Positions 37,150 through 47,190 of a stretch of 64,000 nucleotides of DNA are shown here, in pieces. The position numbers and the translations under genes are program-made. The stretch's first letter is position 1, and each line of letters starts with the position of its first letter. The stretch lies in the NCBI GenBank assembly GCA_000996035.1, contig LBYH01000002.1, positions 8,979 to 72,978 of the forward strand, given 5' to 3'. This DNA comes from Parcubacteria group bacterium GW2011_GWA2_40_143. Lineage in GTDB: Bacteria > Patescibacteriota > Minisyncoccia > UBA9983. The notes below the pieces were generated by a model, which did no database searches, had not been told where the DNA came from, and worked only from the letters and a program-made list of their open reading frames with translations.

Positions 37150-37422
37150 CTATCTTACCGCGTCTTTGAGGTGCTTGCTCGGTTTAAACTTTGGCACCTT
37201 CATGGCCGGCACATTTACCATTTCTCCGGTTCTCGGATTTCTGGCTTGCCTGGCGGCTCTCTGCTTGGCTGTAAAAATGCCAAGTCCGGCGATTGATACA
37301 TCGTCTCCTTTTTTGAGAGTGTTTGTTATTGTCTCTATAACCTTTTCCATGGCTTGTTCGCAAGCCGCTTTTGTGCCTCCAACTGATTCGTGGATTATTT
37401 CCACTAGTCCAGCTTTGTTCAT
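37150..37422 (-). CDS. hup: DNA-binding protein HU
   Basis: 90 aa; 'GLGIFTAKQRAARQARNPRTGEMVNVPAMKVPKFKPSK'. Confidence 0.9.
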   Translation of the reverse strand: MNKAGLVEIIHESVGGTKAACEQAMEKVIETITNTLKKGDDVSIAGLGIFTAKQRAARQARNPRTGEMVNVPAMKVPKFKPSKHLKDAVR

Positions 37423-37569
37423 GTTTTTAATTATTTAGCGGTCAGATTTGAATAAAAATCATATATTCCAACCCAACTGCTTAATTATTTTATAATCCTT
37501 CGACCCTTGTATAATACACCATTATTATATATTAAGCCATTTAAATTAGCCACCATCATGCAAACTGAC

Positions 37570-39099
37570 CTATCTGGCGTATTCTATAATCCTTGTTTCT
37601 CTTATTATGTGCACTTTAATTTCGCCTGGGTATTTAAGATCTTTTTCTATTCTATCGGCTACATCTCTGGCCATTTTCTTGGCTTCTATCTCAGAAACAT
37701 CCATCGGGGTTACGAAAATCCTTATTTCTCTTCCGGCCTGTATGGCGTAACTCTTCTCTACGCCTTTGAAAGAATTAGCGATATTTTCAAGATCCTCAAG
37801 TCTCTTGAGATAATTCTCCAAAGAATCGCGTCTGGCACCCGGTCTTGAAGCTGAGATGGCATCAGCCGCCTGTACAATCATTGACTCCGTAGTCTCAAAC
37901 GGGTATTCCTCATGGTGAGATTGCATAGCTTTGATTATGTCTTCTTTTATATTGAATTTCTGCAAAATTCTTCTGCCGATATCCACGTGGGTGCCTTGCA
38001 CGTCGTGATCCATAGCCTTACCTATATCATGCAAAAGCGCGCCTTTCTTGGCTACGTTTACATCCGCGCCAAGCTCAGCGGCAAGCATGCCGGCAATGTG
38101 AGTAGCCTCTATGGAATGCTGGAGCACATTCTGACCATAGCTTGTTCTAAAATACAATCTGCCGAGCACCACCAATAATCTCGGATCAAGATCTATAATA
38201 CCTGTTTCATACGCGGCTGCTTCACCTTTCTGCTTAGCCGTCTTGTCCACTTCAATTCTGGCTTTCTCCACTACCTCTTCTATCCTGGCCGGCTGGATTC
38301 TGCCATCAAAAATAAGGTTCTCAAGAGCCACTTTCGCCACCTGCCTTCTTATGGGATCAAAACCGGAAATAACTATGGAGCCCGGGGTGTCATCCACGAT
38401 TACCTCCACACCGGCAGCTCTCTCAAGTGCCCTGATATTTCTACCCTCCTTGCCTATAATTTTGCCTTTTATATCATCGGAAGGTATGGAAACAGACGTA
38501 GTGGTAACCTCAGATGCCGTGGAAGACGCCAGTCTTTGGATTGATGTAATGAGTATATCTCTGGCTTTTTTCTCAAACTCATCTCGTCCGAGTGTCTCCA
38601 ATTTGTTCATCCTGGCAAGAAGGTCTTGTTCGTACTTCTTTTCAATAGAGCTGAGAAGTTCCTGTTTGGCTTCTTCTTCCGAAAGGGAAGCCACTTTTTG
38701 CAGCTCTGTTCTCTTTTTCTCTTCCATAGCCAAAATCTCCTCCTTTTTTTCTTTGAGTTTTTCTATCTTTTCTCTTATATCAGAGCTTTCTTTATCTAGA
38801 GATACCCTTTGTTTCTCAAGATTTTCTTCCTTCTGAATTACCCTTTCTTCAAGCTTGCGCACTTGAGCAATGGTGGTTTTTTCTTCATTCTTGGCGTTGT
38901 CTAATATAGACTGCGCCTTATGATTGGCTTCTTCTATTGTTTCATGAGCCTTATCTTTAGCTTCAAGAAGAAGCTGTTTAATTTTAAGGTCTATTGAGCT
39001 TTTCTTCTGCAGTGTGATAAGCACATGGAAGAAATACCCTATTGCCAAGCCCCCGACCCCCGAGAAGCCAGCCAAAAGAAATACTTTGGTTAAGTCCAT
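37570..39099 (-). CDS. rny: Ribonuclease Y
   Basis: 509 aa; N-terminal TM, coiled coil, KH 'IIGKEGRNIRALERAAGVEVIVDDTPGSIVISGFDPIRR', HD 'ATHIAGMLAAELGADVNVAKKGALLHDIGKA'. Confidence 0.9.
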   Translation of the reverse strand: MDLTKVFLLAGFSGVGGLAIGYFFHVLITLQKKSSIDLKIKQLLLEAKDKAHETIEEANHKAQSILDNAKNEEKTTIAQVRKLEERVIQKEENLEKQRVSLDKESSDIREKIEKLKEKKEEILAMEEKKRTELQKVASLSEEEAKQELLSSIEKKYEQDLLARMNKLETLGRDEFEKKARDILITSIQRLASSTASEVTTTSVSIPSDDIKGKIIGKEGRNIRALERAAGVEVIVDDTPGSIVISGFDPIRRQVAKVALENLIFDGRIQPARIEEVVEKARIEVDKTAKQKGEAAAYETGIIDLDPRLLVVLGRLYFRTSYGQNVLQHSIEATHIAGMLAAELGADVNVAKKGALLHDIGKAMDHDVQGTHVDIGRRILQKFNIKEDIIKAMQSHHEEYPFETTESMIVQAADAISASRPGARRDSLENYLKRLEDLENIANSFKGVEKSYAIQAGREIRIFVTPMDVSEIEAKKMARDVADRIEKDLKYPGEIKVHIIRETRIIEYAR

Positions 39100-39285
39100 A
39101 GTTTTTAAGAGATATAGTGTTCGATTCCAAAAAGTCCTTTGTTTTAAGCATTTTTATGATAAATTGAACAAAATAACATAAAGTTAAATAAATAAAATAC
39201 AAAATCTACATTATTATCTTACTAGATTTTAACAATTTTGTCCACTTTTTGTGTGTGCCTTTCATTTCTGTGTTAAAATAATAAA

Positions 39286-40932
39286 ATGTCATGGCTTTCA
39301 AAAGTTTTCAAGAAAAAAGAAGTACCATTGTCAAGGTTGAACCTTGACAATGGAGTCAATATTGAGCAGTCCAAGCCACTGGTGCTGGTTATTATAGACG
39401 GCTATGGCGTGCCTCAAGACGGATCGGAATCACCATGGCGAAACGCCGCCAAGCCTAATTTTGAAGAAATAGAGAAGCATTATCCATTTACCACACTGCA
39501 AGCCTCGGGCATAGCGGTAGGCTTGCCATGGGGAGAGGCCGGCAATAGCGAAGTGGGGCATCTCACTATTGGTGCCGGCAAGGTTATTTATAATTATCTG
39601 CCAAAAATATCAACGACTATCAAAGACGGTTCTTTCTATGAAAATAAGGCTTTCATGAAAGCGGTTTCTCAAACAAAGGCCGGCGACGGCGCTTTGCATT
39701 TTCTCGGTCTTTTTTCCAGCGGCACTGTTCATGCTTATTTTGAACACCTCTACGCGCTTCTTGAGCTGGCCAAGCGAAATGGTGTAGATAATAAAACATA
39801 TCTTCATCTTTTCACTGACGGCAAAGACGCCTATGAACGCGAAGGAGCAGACTTCTACGACAAGCTGGAAGATGATCTTAAAAAAGATTTTCCAAATATT
39901 AAAATCGCCTCCATAATGGGCCGCAGCTTTGCCATGAATAGAAATGAAGAATGGGGGAAAACAGAAAAAGCCTATAATCTTCTTATTAAAGGCGAAGGAG
40001 AAAATTTTTCTTCGGTAAAAAGTTATATTGAAAACAATTATGCCGAAGGAATCACCGACAGCGCCATAGCTCCAGCCGCCGTTATAGACAGAGAAGGAAG
40101 AATTAAAAGCGGCGATAGCGCGATCTTCTTTAACTTCAGAGAAGACAGCGCTCGCCAACTCACGGAAGCTTTTATTAAGCCGGATTTTGATAAGTTTAAT
40201 AGAGAAAAGCTGAATGATCTCACCTTTGTTACTATGACGGAATATGATAAAAACCTTCCAACACTTGCCGCTTTTAAATCCGCCGAAGTGGCTAACCCGC
40301 TGGCAAAACTGGTATCTGAAAGCGGTTTATCCCAACTTCACATCGCTGAAACCGAGAAATACGCGCATATAACCTTTTTCTTAAACGGTGGCAGGGAAAC
40401 GCCTTTTAAGGGCGAAGACAGGCTTCTTGTGCCATCACCTAATATACACCCGTACAGTCAAGCGCCAGCCATGTCTTCTTCTGAAATAGCAAAAAGGATA
40501 ATAAGCAATCTTGGTAATTATGATTTTATTGCCGCAAACTTCGCCAACGCGGATATGGTGGGACACACCGGCGACTTTGATGCCACCACTAAAGCCATAG
40601 AAACCATAGATTCTCGGATAGGTGAGCTTAAAAAAGCGGTTTTGGACATTGGCGGAACACTTATTGTAACGGCCGATCATGGCAACGCGGAAGAAAAATT
40701 ATACAAATCCACGGGTAACAAAAAATCTGAGCACTCTTTAAATCCGGTGCCTTTTTACGTAATTGGCAATGATTTTAAAAAAGAAACAGCTAAAACTCCG
40801 GAAGAAATATCGGCAAATTATAGAAAAACAAAAGGCGCTCTCATTGATGTGGCTCCAACAGTATTAAGCTTGCTTAAAATACAAACTCCCGCCGAGATGA
40901 CTGGCAGGAGTTTGTTGGAGAAATTGTTTTAA
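39286..40932 (+). CDS. gpmI: 2,3-bisphosphoglycerate-independent phosphoglycerate mutase (the N-terminal ~25 aa contain a REP-like palindrome; the true start may be at a downstream GTG)
   Basis: 'LVLVIIDGYGV', 'GNSEVGHLTIGAG', 'ADMVGHTGDFDATTKAIETID', 'TADHGNAE'. Confidence 0.9.
   Translation: MSWLSKVFKKKEVPLSRLNLDNGVNIEQSKPLVLVIIDGYGVPQDGSESPWRNAAKPNFEEIEKHYPFTTLQASGIAVGLPWGEAGNSEVGHLTIGAGKVIYNYLPKISTTIKDGSFYENKAFMKAVSQTKAGDGALHFLGLFSSGTVHAYFEHLYALLELAKRNGVDNKTYLHLFTDGKDAYEREGADFYDKLEDDLKKDFPNIKIASIMGRSFAMNRNEEWGKTEKAYNLLIKGEGENFSSVKSYIENNYAEGITDSAIAPAAVIDREGRIKSGDSAIFFNFREDSARQLTEAFIKPDFDKFNREKLNDLTFVTMTEYDKNLPTLAAFKSAEVANPLAKLVSESGLSQLHIAETEKYAHITFFLNGGRETPFKGEDRLLVPSPNIHPYSQAPAMSSSEIAKRIISNLGNYDFIAANFANADMVGHTGDFDATTKAIETIDSRIGELKKAVLDIGGTLIVTADHGNAEEKLYKSTGNKKSEHSLNPVPFYVIGNDFKKETAKTPEEISANYRKTKGALIDVAPTVLSLLKIQTPAEMTGRSLLEKLF
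39325..39353. repeat. REP-like 29-bp perfect palindrome CCATTGTCAAGGTT-G-AACCTTGACAATGG inside the gpmI 5' region
   Basis: 14-bp arms around a single centre base; the same sequence occurs in tsaE at 57084-57110. The core CAAGGTT-N-AACCTTG is shared with the RAYT-flanking REPs. Confidence 0.75.
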
Positions 40933-40935
40933 GCC

Positions 40936-41526
40936 TTATTTTTTAGAATTTTTTGCCTTAAGAACAGAGTCTATCATGCCGTATTTCTTAGCTTCATCAG
41001 CATCCATATAGAAATCCCTATCGGAATCTTTCTCTATTTTATCCAAAGGCTGGCCGGTGCGCTCAGCGAGAATATTATTAAGTCTATCTTTAATTTTGAG
41101 CATATGCTTAGCCGTTATTTCAATCTCTGAAGCTTGTCCTTCCGCTCCGCCCATCACTTGATGAATCATCACTTCAGCATTTGGTAAAGAGAATCTTTTG
41201 CCTTTCTCACCGGCGGCCAAAATAATAGCAGCGCCAGAAGCGGCTATGCCAACGCACACGGTAGCCACATTCGGCTTAATGTGATTCATTGTATCGTACA
41301 TAGCCAGAGTGGATGTTACCGAACCGCCAGGAGAATTGATATATAAATAAATATCATCTTTTGGGTTTTGGGACTCCAAAAAAAGAAGCTGAGCGATTAC
41401 GGAATTAGCCACCGCATCGTTAATAGGGCCAGAGAGGAAAATTATTCTGTCTTTTAAAAGGCGGGAATAAATATCATAAGCTCTCTCTCCGAATTGTGAT
41501 TTTTCTATGACTGTTGGTATTAACAT
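40936..41526 (-). CDS. clpP: ATP-dependent Clp protease proteolytic subunit
   Basis: 196 aa; '[25 protein letters not shown]', '[18 protein letters not shown]', catalytic Ser/His/Asp context. Confidence 0.9.
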   Translation of the reverse strand: MLIPTVIEKSQFGERAYDIYSRLLKDRIIFLSGPINDAVANSVIAQLLFLESQNPKDDIYLYINSPGGSVTSTLAMYDTMNHIKPNVATVCVGIAASGAAIILAAGEKGKRFSLPNAEVMIHQVMGGAEGQASEIEITAKHMLKIKDRLNNILAERTGQPLDKIEKDSDRDFYMDADEAKKYGMIDSVLKAKNSKK

Positions 41527-41574
41527 AATTGATTAAAATATAAAGGAATATTCAAATACAGTCAAATTTTGCCA

Positions 41575-42630
41575 CTATTTCTCCTCCTCCAAAATTTTCC
41601 AGACTTTGTTGTTGCGGAGGATACCATAGAGATAATTTTTCAGCTGGTTTTTATCTACTTTATGGCCATGATTTTCATAATGAATGACGGTTTTTTCCAC
41701 TTCATCGCTTAATTCTTCTTCTTTTACTTCAATCTTTTCCTCATCCGCTATTTTATTGAGCGCTAAGCCATATTTTACTCTTTTCAGAGCGTCTGCTTCC
41801 CAATCTTTTTTAAGATCATCTTCCGTTTTATTTATATGTTTAATATAATCTTCCCACTTCATCCCCATATTCACAATCTGAGATCGCATATCAGCCAACA
41901 TTTTATCTTGCTCGCTTTGCGTCATAATACAAGGAATCTCTGTTTCCATTTTCTCCGCTATTTTATCAAGAATCTCCACGCGGATGCGTTCTTTTTCTTT
42001 GTTCTTTTTATCAAAAACAATATTTTCTTTAATAGCAGATTTAAGCTCTTCAAGATTATTAAATTTACCGACAGACTTGGCAAAATCATCATTTATTTCC
42101 GGCAAAGCGTTTTGATTGTCATCTTTAATTTTATCTTCAGGCTCGTCACTCCCTTTTTCCTTCTGGCCGGCGCGCGCTTTGCGCAAGTTTTCCAAAACTT
42201 CATTAACCTCCTTCTCATCAACTTCAAATTTATCTTTTTTTAATGAATTTATTTTTCCGGCAATACTTTTATAATCCGGCAGTACCACTTCCGGCATTAC
42301 AGCTGTTTTTAACTTAAAACCCAGCGGATTATTTTCCGCCATTTTAGTAATGGTCAATTCCGGTCGGCCGATTGGATCAAGATTGTGCTCTTTGATAATT
42401 TCTTGATATGTATTTTCTAAAGCCATTATAGCCATTCTTTCAAGTAGAACGTGTTGGCCTATTTTACTTATTAAAATACTTTCCGGAGCTCGTCCTTCTC
42501 TAAAACCATCTATTTTAAGCCCTTTTGACAATTCTTTGAACGCATCTTCTTTGAAAGACATAAAAATCTCCGGAGCTATTTCTCCGGTTATTTCTACTTC
42601 AGAATCTGGAAGTTTTTTAATTTCAGTCAT
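41575..42630 (-). CDS. tig: Trigger factor (short form, no obvious PPIase domain)
   Basis: 351 aa; ribosome-binding N-domain 'IDGFREGRAPESI'; sits upstream of clpP. Confidence 0.65.
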   Translation of the reverse strand: MTEIKKLPDSEVEITGEIAPEIFMSFKEDAFKELSKGLKIDGFREGRAPESILISKIGQHVLLERMAIMALENTYQEIIKEHNLDPIGRPELTITKMAENNPLGFKLKTAVMPEVVLPDYKSIAGKINSLKKDKFEVDEKEVNEVLENLRKARAGQKEKGSDEPEDKIKDDNQNALPEINDDFAKSVGKFNNLEELKSAIKENIVFDKKNKEKERIRVEILDKIAEKMETEIPCIMTQSEQDKMLADMRSQIVNMGMKWEDYIKHINKTEDDLKKDWEADALKRVKYGLALNKIADEEKIEVKEEELSDEVEKTVIHYENHGHKVDKNQLKNYLYGILRNNKVWKILEEEK

Positions 42631-43110
42631 TTAAATTATTACGTTTTCATTAAGCTTAATAATTATTCTCCTGTGAGGTTCTTCGCCCACGCTCTCGGTT
42701 TTAATATTGGGATACTCGCTCAAAATGGAATGTACTATTCTCCTGTCATAAGAACACATCGGCTCCATTTCTACTTCTCTTTTAAAATAAATGGCTCTTT
42801 GAGCGTTTACCCTAGCTTCATTTTTGACATCTTCTATTTTTTTAGCTTGATAGTCGTTAACATCAAGAATATATACGAATCTTTCTTCAATACCATCTCT
42901 TCTCAGTAAATTGTCGGCCATTTTCTTTATTAAAGAATTAAGCGCCATAAGATTTTTACCCTCCTCGCCAATGAGCAGACCGGCTTCTTTAGTTCTTATC
43001 ACAAACCTCGGACAGTCAACTTCTTCCATTATTTCCACGCTTCCTTCAACGGACATTTTATCAATTACTTCCGCAATTAATGTTTTTATAAGATTTTTTT
43101 GCCTTTCCAT
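42631..43110 (-). CDS. jag: Jag/KhpB RNA-binding protein (KH + R3H)
   Basis: KH 'AGLLIGEEGKNLMALNSLI', R3H 'MCSYDRRIVHSILSEYPNIKTESVGEEPHRRIIIK'. Downstream of yidC. Confidence 0.8.
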   Translation of the reverse strand: MERQKNLIKTLIAEVIDKMSVEGSVEIMEEVDCPRFVIRTKEAGLLIGEEGKNLMALNSLIKKMADNLLRRDGIEERFVYILDVNDYQAKKIEDVKNEARVNAQRAIYFKREVEMEPMCSYDRRIVHSILSEYPNIKTESVGEEPHRRIIIKLNENVII

Positions 43111-43150
43111 GTCGCATAAACATATCGCGAAAAGGTATTTTTGGTTTTTC

Positions 43151-43900
43151 TTAAGCGTTTTCCTTAAGAAGTTTGTCAGCTTTTCTCTTCACGACTATTT
43201 CATGTACTATAGCAAAAACATTCATAGTAGTCCAATAAATAGCTATGGCTGATGATAATTTAAGAGCGATAAAAAAGATGAAAAATGGCATTACATAACG
43301 CATTTGGATACTCATGCTTTTAGCTAAATTATCTTTAAAACTCTCTTGTCCGGCTGGTTTCTTGGTATTGCTTAACGGTGGGATAGCCAGCCTCATTTGG
43401 AAAAATTGAGAAAAAGCGGCTAAAAATGCCATCACATAACTACTCTTAGTTACATCTATTAAGCCGAGAAACATGGTGCTTATCTGTTCAGGAACGGCTA
43501 TAAATGAATAAAGTTTAGAAGTATCAAAGTCCATACCTCCCAGAAAAACCTTATACAAAGCTAAAATTATAGGTATTTGAATAAGCAGAGTAAGAAAGCC
43601 GGACATCGGATTGATGCCGTGCTTTTTATAAAGCTCCATGGTTTTTTTGGCTTTTTCACGCGGATCATTCTTGTGTTTGCTTTTTATATCTTCAATCTCC
43701 GGCGCCAAGTGCTTAATTTTCCTTTGCGCTATTACGGATTTGTGATTGAAAGGGAAGATAATAAGCCTTACCACTAAAGTAAGGATTATTATAGCCAGCC
43801 CCATGTCATGAAGGGGAACATGGCCAACAAGAAAGACTAGGCCGTTTAAAAGCGGCTCTAAAAATGCAGTGTTATATATATAAGATATAAAAGAAAACAT
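43151..43900 (-). CDS. yidC: YidC/Oxa1-family membrane protein insertase (short Gram-positive-type form)
   Basis: 249 aa; five TM segments, 'AIIILTLVVRLIIFPF', 'QRKIKHLAPEIEDIKSKHKNDPREKAKKTMELYKKHGINPMSG'. Confidence 0.85.
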   Translation of the reverse strand: MFSFISYIYNTAFLEPLLNGLVFLVGHVPLHDMGLAIIILTLVVRLIIFPFNHKSVIAQRKIKHLAPEIEDIKSKHKNDPREKAKKTMELYKKHGINPMSGFLTLLIQIPIILALYKVFLGGMDFDTSKLYSFIAVPEQISTMFLGLIDVTKSSYVMAFLAAFSQFFQMRLAIPPLSNTKKPAGQESFKDNLAKSMSIQMRYVMPFFIFFIALKLSSAIAIYWTTMNVFAIVHEIVVKRKADKLLKENA

Positions 43901-43914
43901 AAATTGGTTTAAAA

Positions 43915-44256
43915 TTAAAAAGTTATAATGCCGGCTTTTTTAAAAAGTTTTGTCATTTCTTCTTTAATTTCAGAAAAACCTTTATTTATTGCCGTTTTTT
44001 GGAAAAAGACCACAACCGCCAGACCACCTTTAATATTTCCCATAAGACACTTGGCTGCATATCTTGCCCTTCTTTTAAGCTTATTTCTTGTTGTTGCTTT
44101 TTTTGTAGCGCCGGAAAGCACCACAAAGGTAAAAAGACTATCCTTTTGGCCAATCTTAGATACCTTGAGAAAGATATTATCAGTAGAAAAACGTTTTCCT
44201 GTCTTAATAACTCCTTCTATTAAGTCTTTAGTGAGTCTGTTTTTTTTAGACAACAT
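43915..44256 (-). CDS. rnpA: RNase P protein component
   Basis: 113 aa; 'ATTRNKLKRRARYAAK'. No rpmH found upstream. Confidence 0.85.
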   Translation of the reverse strand: MLSKKNRLTKDLIEGVIKTGKRFSTDNIFLKVSKIGQKDSLFTFVVLSGATKKATTRNKLKRRARYAAKCLMGNIKGGLAVVVFFQKTAINKGFSEIKEEMTKLFKKAGIITF

Positions 44257-44381
44257 TCAATTACTACTTAACTACAGTTAATTCTAAAATATTTAAACAA
44301 TAAGGTCAATGTTATGTTTTTTGTTTTTAGTGTAAAATAAAAAGTAAGTATCTATAAAATCTTATTTGCATTATTCACCAG

Positions 44382-44401
44382 TTATCCACACCTTATCCAC
44401 T
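44382..44401. promoter_or_regulatory. oriC upstream DnaA-box pair (TTATCCACA, TTATCCACT)
   Basis: One perfect consensus box and one 8/9 box in tandem, 70 nt upstream of the dnaA start. Confidence 0.75.
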
Positions 44402-44469
44402 TTATTCCTAAAAAACTCTTATTTCTCTGATTTTCGTTTTATTCTTATAACTTGTTATAATAAACACAA

Positions 44470-45852
44470 ATGCAAACCAACGAAGAAACAAACTACGATC
44501 AACTTTGGAAAGATGTTCTTTCTGAGATAGAGATGACTACATCAAAAACAAGTTTTTCCATGTGGTTTAAGGATACCGGCATTTCAAATTTCAATGATGG
44601 AGTTGTATATATCGGCGTGCCTAATAATTTTGTCAAAGACTGGCTTCTTAATAAATATCATAAATTTATAATTGGCGCTCTTAGAAACAATAATCCGGCT
44701 ATAAGAGGCGTGGATTATATTATTGTTTCTAAAGATCATCAGGACATAATAACTAAAAACACGGCTCCTCATAAGTTTACTTATACCCCAAGTAGCGGCG
44801 AACAGCTTGGTTTTAATGAATTTAACACAGACAAAGAAGCTAATTTAAACCCTAGATACACTTTTGATTCTTATGTGGTGGCGCCTTTTAATGAGATTGC
44901 TCATGCCGCGGCCATAAGTGTGGCAAAAAACCCTGGCAATTTATATAATCCGCTCTTTATTTATGGCGGTGTTGGTCTTGGCAAAACCCATTTACTCCAA
45001 TCCATAGGCAATGAAATGAAGAAAAACAACCCCAGCGCCAAGGTTTATTATCTTACTTCCGAGAAATTCGCCAATGAATATGTTTCTTCCATTCAAAACA
45101 AAACAACCAATTCTTTTAAGGAAAAATATAGAAAATACAATCTTTTAATAGTTGATGATATTCAATTTTTTTCCGATAAATTAAAAATTCAGGAAGAGTT
45201 TTTCCATGTTTTTAACTCTCTTTATGAGTCCGGCAATCAAATTGTGTTTTCTTCCGATAAGTCGCCTCAACATATAGTCGGCCTTGAAGAAAGGTTGAGA
45301 TCAAGATTTGAAGGCGGAATGATGATAGATGTTTCACCTCCTGAATATGAGGAAAGATTGGCTATATTGAAGGTTAAAGTAAGTCAAAAAAACTTTACTT
45401 TAGATGAAGATGTAATTAATTATATCGCTGAAGTTATAAAAGAAAACATAAGAGAGCTTGAGGGAGCGCTTAATTCCATAATAGGCCAATCAAAAATAAG
45501 AGGTAGAATTCTTACCTTAAGTGAAGTTGAAGAAATTTTAAGAAAAAAAATCAAACCTATAAAAGTGGTTGATGCGGAACATGTTATAAAAACAATACTT
45601 AATTACTACAAAATAAACGAAAAAAACCTTACAGAAAGAACGAGAAGAAAGGAAATTGTAAAACCTCGTCAAATAGCCATGTATATTTTAAGAAACGATT
45701 TAAACACTTCTTATCCGCATATAGGTAGAAGATTCGGACAAAAAGATCACACTACCGTAATTCACGCGTACAAAAAAATAAGTGAAGACATAAGAAGAGA
45801 CAAGAAACTTGAGCAAGAGATAAATAACATTAGAGATATTATTTATAAATAA
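44470..45852 (+). CDS. dnaA: Chromosomal replication initiator DnaA
   Basis: 460 aa; 'NPLFIYGGVGLGKTHLLQSIGN', box VII, C-terminal HTH 'IGRRFGQKDHTTVIHAYKKI'. Confidence 0.95.
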   Translation: MQTNEETNYDQLWKDVLSEIEMTTSKTSFSMWFKDTGISNFNDGVVYIGVPNNFVKDWLLNKYHKFIIGALRNNNPAIRGVDYIIVSKDHQDIITKNTAPHKFTYTPSSGEQLGFNEFNTDKEANLNPRYTFDSYVVAPFNEIAHAAAISVAKNPGNLYNPLFIYGGVGLGKTHLLQSIGNEMKKNNPSAKVYYLTSEKFANEYVSSIQNKTTNSFKEKYRKYNLLIVDDIQFFSDKLKIQEEFFHVFNSLYESGNQIVFSSDKSPQHIVGLEERLRSRFEGGMMIDVSPPEYEERLAILKVKVSQKNFTLDEDVINYIAEVIKENIRELEGALNSIIGQSKIRGRILTLSEVEEILRKKIKPIKVVDAEHVIKTILNYYKINEKNLTERTRRKEIVKPRQIAMYILRNDLNTSYPHIGRRFGQKDHTTVIHAYKKISEDIRRDKKLEQEINNIRDIIYK

Positions 45853-46080
45853 AGTGGATAAATATGTGGATAATTTGTTGATAAAAAACATGATTCTAAT
45901 GGACACTAAAAATAATATTTTTTATCCACTTTTAATATTAGTTTTTTACACAAGTTACGCACAATAGAAAAGTTAAAAAAATATTATTTAAAGCCATTTT
46001 TTTAACTTTTCCACTTATCCACATAGTATAATAATAATGAAAAATTTAAATATATTAAAAAATAAAACTATTATAATTAA
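45853..46080. promoter_or_regulatory. oriC downstream region: four DnaA boxes (45853, 45866, 45922, 46015) plus an AT-rich putative unwinding element
   Basis: AGTGGATAA, TGTGGATAA, TTATCCACT, TTATCCACA; >85% AT stretch at 46025-46080 just before dnaN. Confidence 0.7.
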
Positions 46081-47187
46081 ATGAAATTCATCTGCAATAG
46101 ACAAAATTTAAAGGAAGCAATAGGACTTTGTGAAAAAAATACAGGCAAACATGTGAATATGCCTATCTTGAGTGATGTGCTTATTGAGACGGATGGTAAG
46201 TTCGTGAAGTTGTCATCCACCAATCTTGAGGTTGGTTTGGAAATTAAAATAGCCGCCATCGTGGAAGAGGGTGGAAAAGTAGCGGTGCCGGCCAGTGTAA
46301 TTGGCGGTTTTTTATCAAACTTAACCGGAGAGGAAAAAATAACAATAGAATCTCAAAATAGCAATATTGTTATTTCTTCTTTAAACAGCTCTACGATGAT
46401 TAAGAGCCACTCTCCTGAGGAGTTCCCCATAATTCCAAAAATAGATGAGAAAACAGCCGTAGAGGCTCAAATAACCGCATCTGATCTGACACTTGGTCTT
46501 AAGTCTGTGATGTACGCCTGCTCCTTCTCAACTATTAAGCCTGAAATATCTTCTGTCTATATATTTTCCAATAATGGAGAGAATGTTACTTTTGTGGCCA
46601 CTGATTCTTTTCGTTTGGCCGAGAAAAAACTTAATTACCCCATAAATAACTTCGGTCCGATTTTAATTCCAATTAAAACGGTTTTGGAGATAATAAGAAT
46701 TTTTGACGATAAAACCGAAAATTTAAAAATAAGTTTTGATAAAAATCAAATTAATTTTGAGCTTGATAATATAAGATTTATTTCCAGAATAGTGGACGGA
46801 GTTTTTCCTGATTATAAGCAAGTTTTGCCAAAAAGCTTTAAAACAGATGTAATTGTAAATAAAACAGTTTTCACAAATTCTCTTAAAACAACAGGTATTT
46901 TTTCCGGAAAACTTAATGATCTTAATATTTCAATAGATAGTGATAATAATTCAATGATAATTAAGACTCATAATAATGATGTGGGGGAGAGCACCACTAA
47001 AGTGCCTTCTAAAATAAACGGCGAAAGCATGAAAGCGACTTTTAACCATAAATATATTTTTGATTGTTTATCAAGTATAAGTTCAGATGAGATTATTTTA
47101 AGATTTTCCGGTGAAGGTAAGCCGCTCGTTATAAGTGGCGCTAATGATGGCAGTTTCCAATATTTGGTAATGCCGATGAATGTTTAA
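46081..47187 (+). CDS. dnaN: DNA polymerase III beta sliding clamp
   Basis: 368 aa; three-domain clamp; begins 'MKFICNRQNLKEAIGLCEKNTGKHVNMPILSDVLIE'. Confidence 0.9.
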   Translation: MKFICNRQNLKEAIGLCEKNTGKHVNMPILSDVLIETDGKFVKLSSTNLEVGLEIKIAAIVEEGGKVAVPASVIGGFLSNLTGEEKITIESQNSNIVISSLNSSTMIKSHSPEEFPIIPKIDEKTAVEAQITASDLTLGLKSVMYACSFSTIKPEISSVYIFSNNGENVTFVATDSFRLAEKKLNYPINNFGPILIPIKTVLEIIRIFDDKTENLKISFDKNQINFELDNIRFISRIVDGVFPDYKQVLPKSFKTDVIVNKTVFTNSLKTTGIFSGKLNDLNISIDSDNNSMIIKTHNNDVGESTTKVPSKINGESMKATFNHKYIFDCLSSISSDEIILRFSGEGKPLVISGANDGSFQYLVMPMNV

Positions 47188-47190
47188 AAG

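Noticed and set aside
36886-37296. ORF 36886..37296 (+), 136 aa
   Set aside because: It overlaps hup antisense and the hup terminator and has no motifs; the region is better explained by the hup 3' terminator plus the inverted-repeat element.
44257-44469. rpmH (ribosomal protein L34) upstream of rnpA
   Set aside because: No Lys/Arg-rich ~45-aa ORF on the minus strand; the region instead carries DnaA boxes and is the dnaA promoter/origin region.
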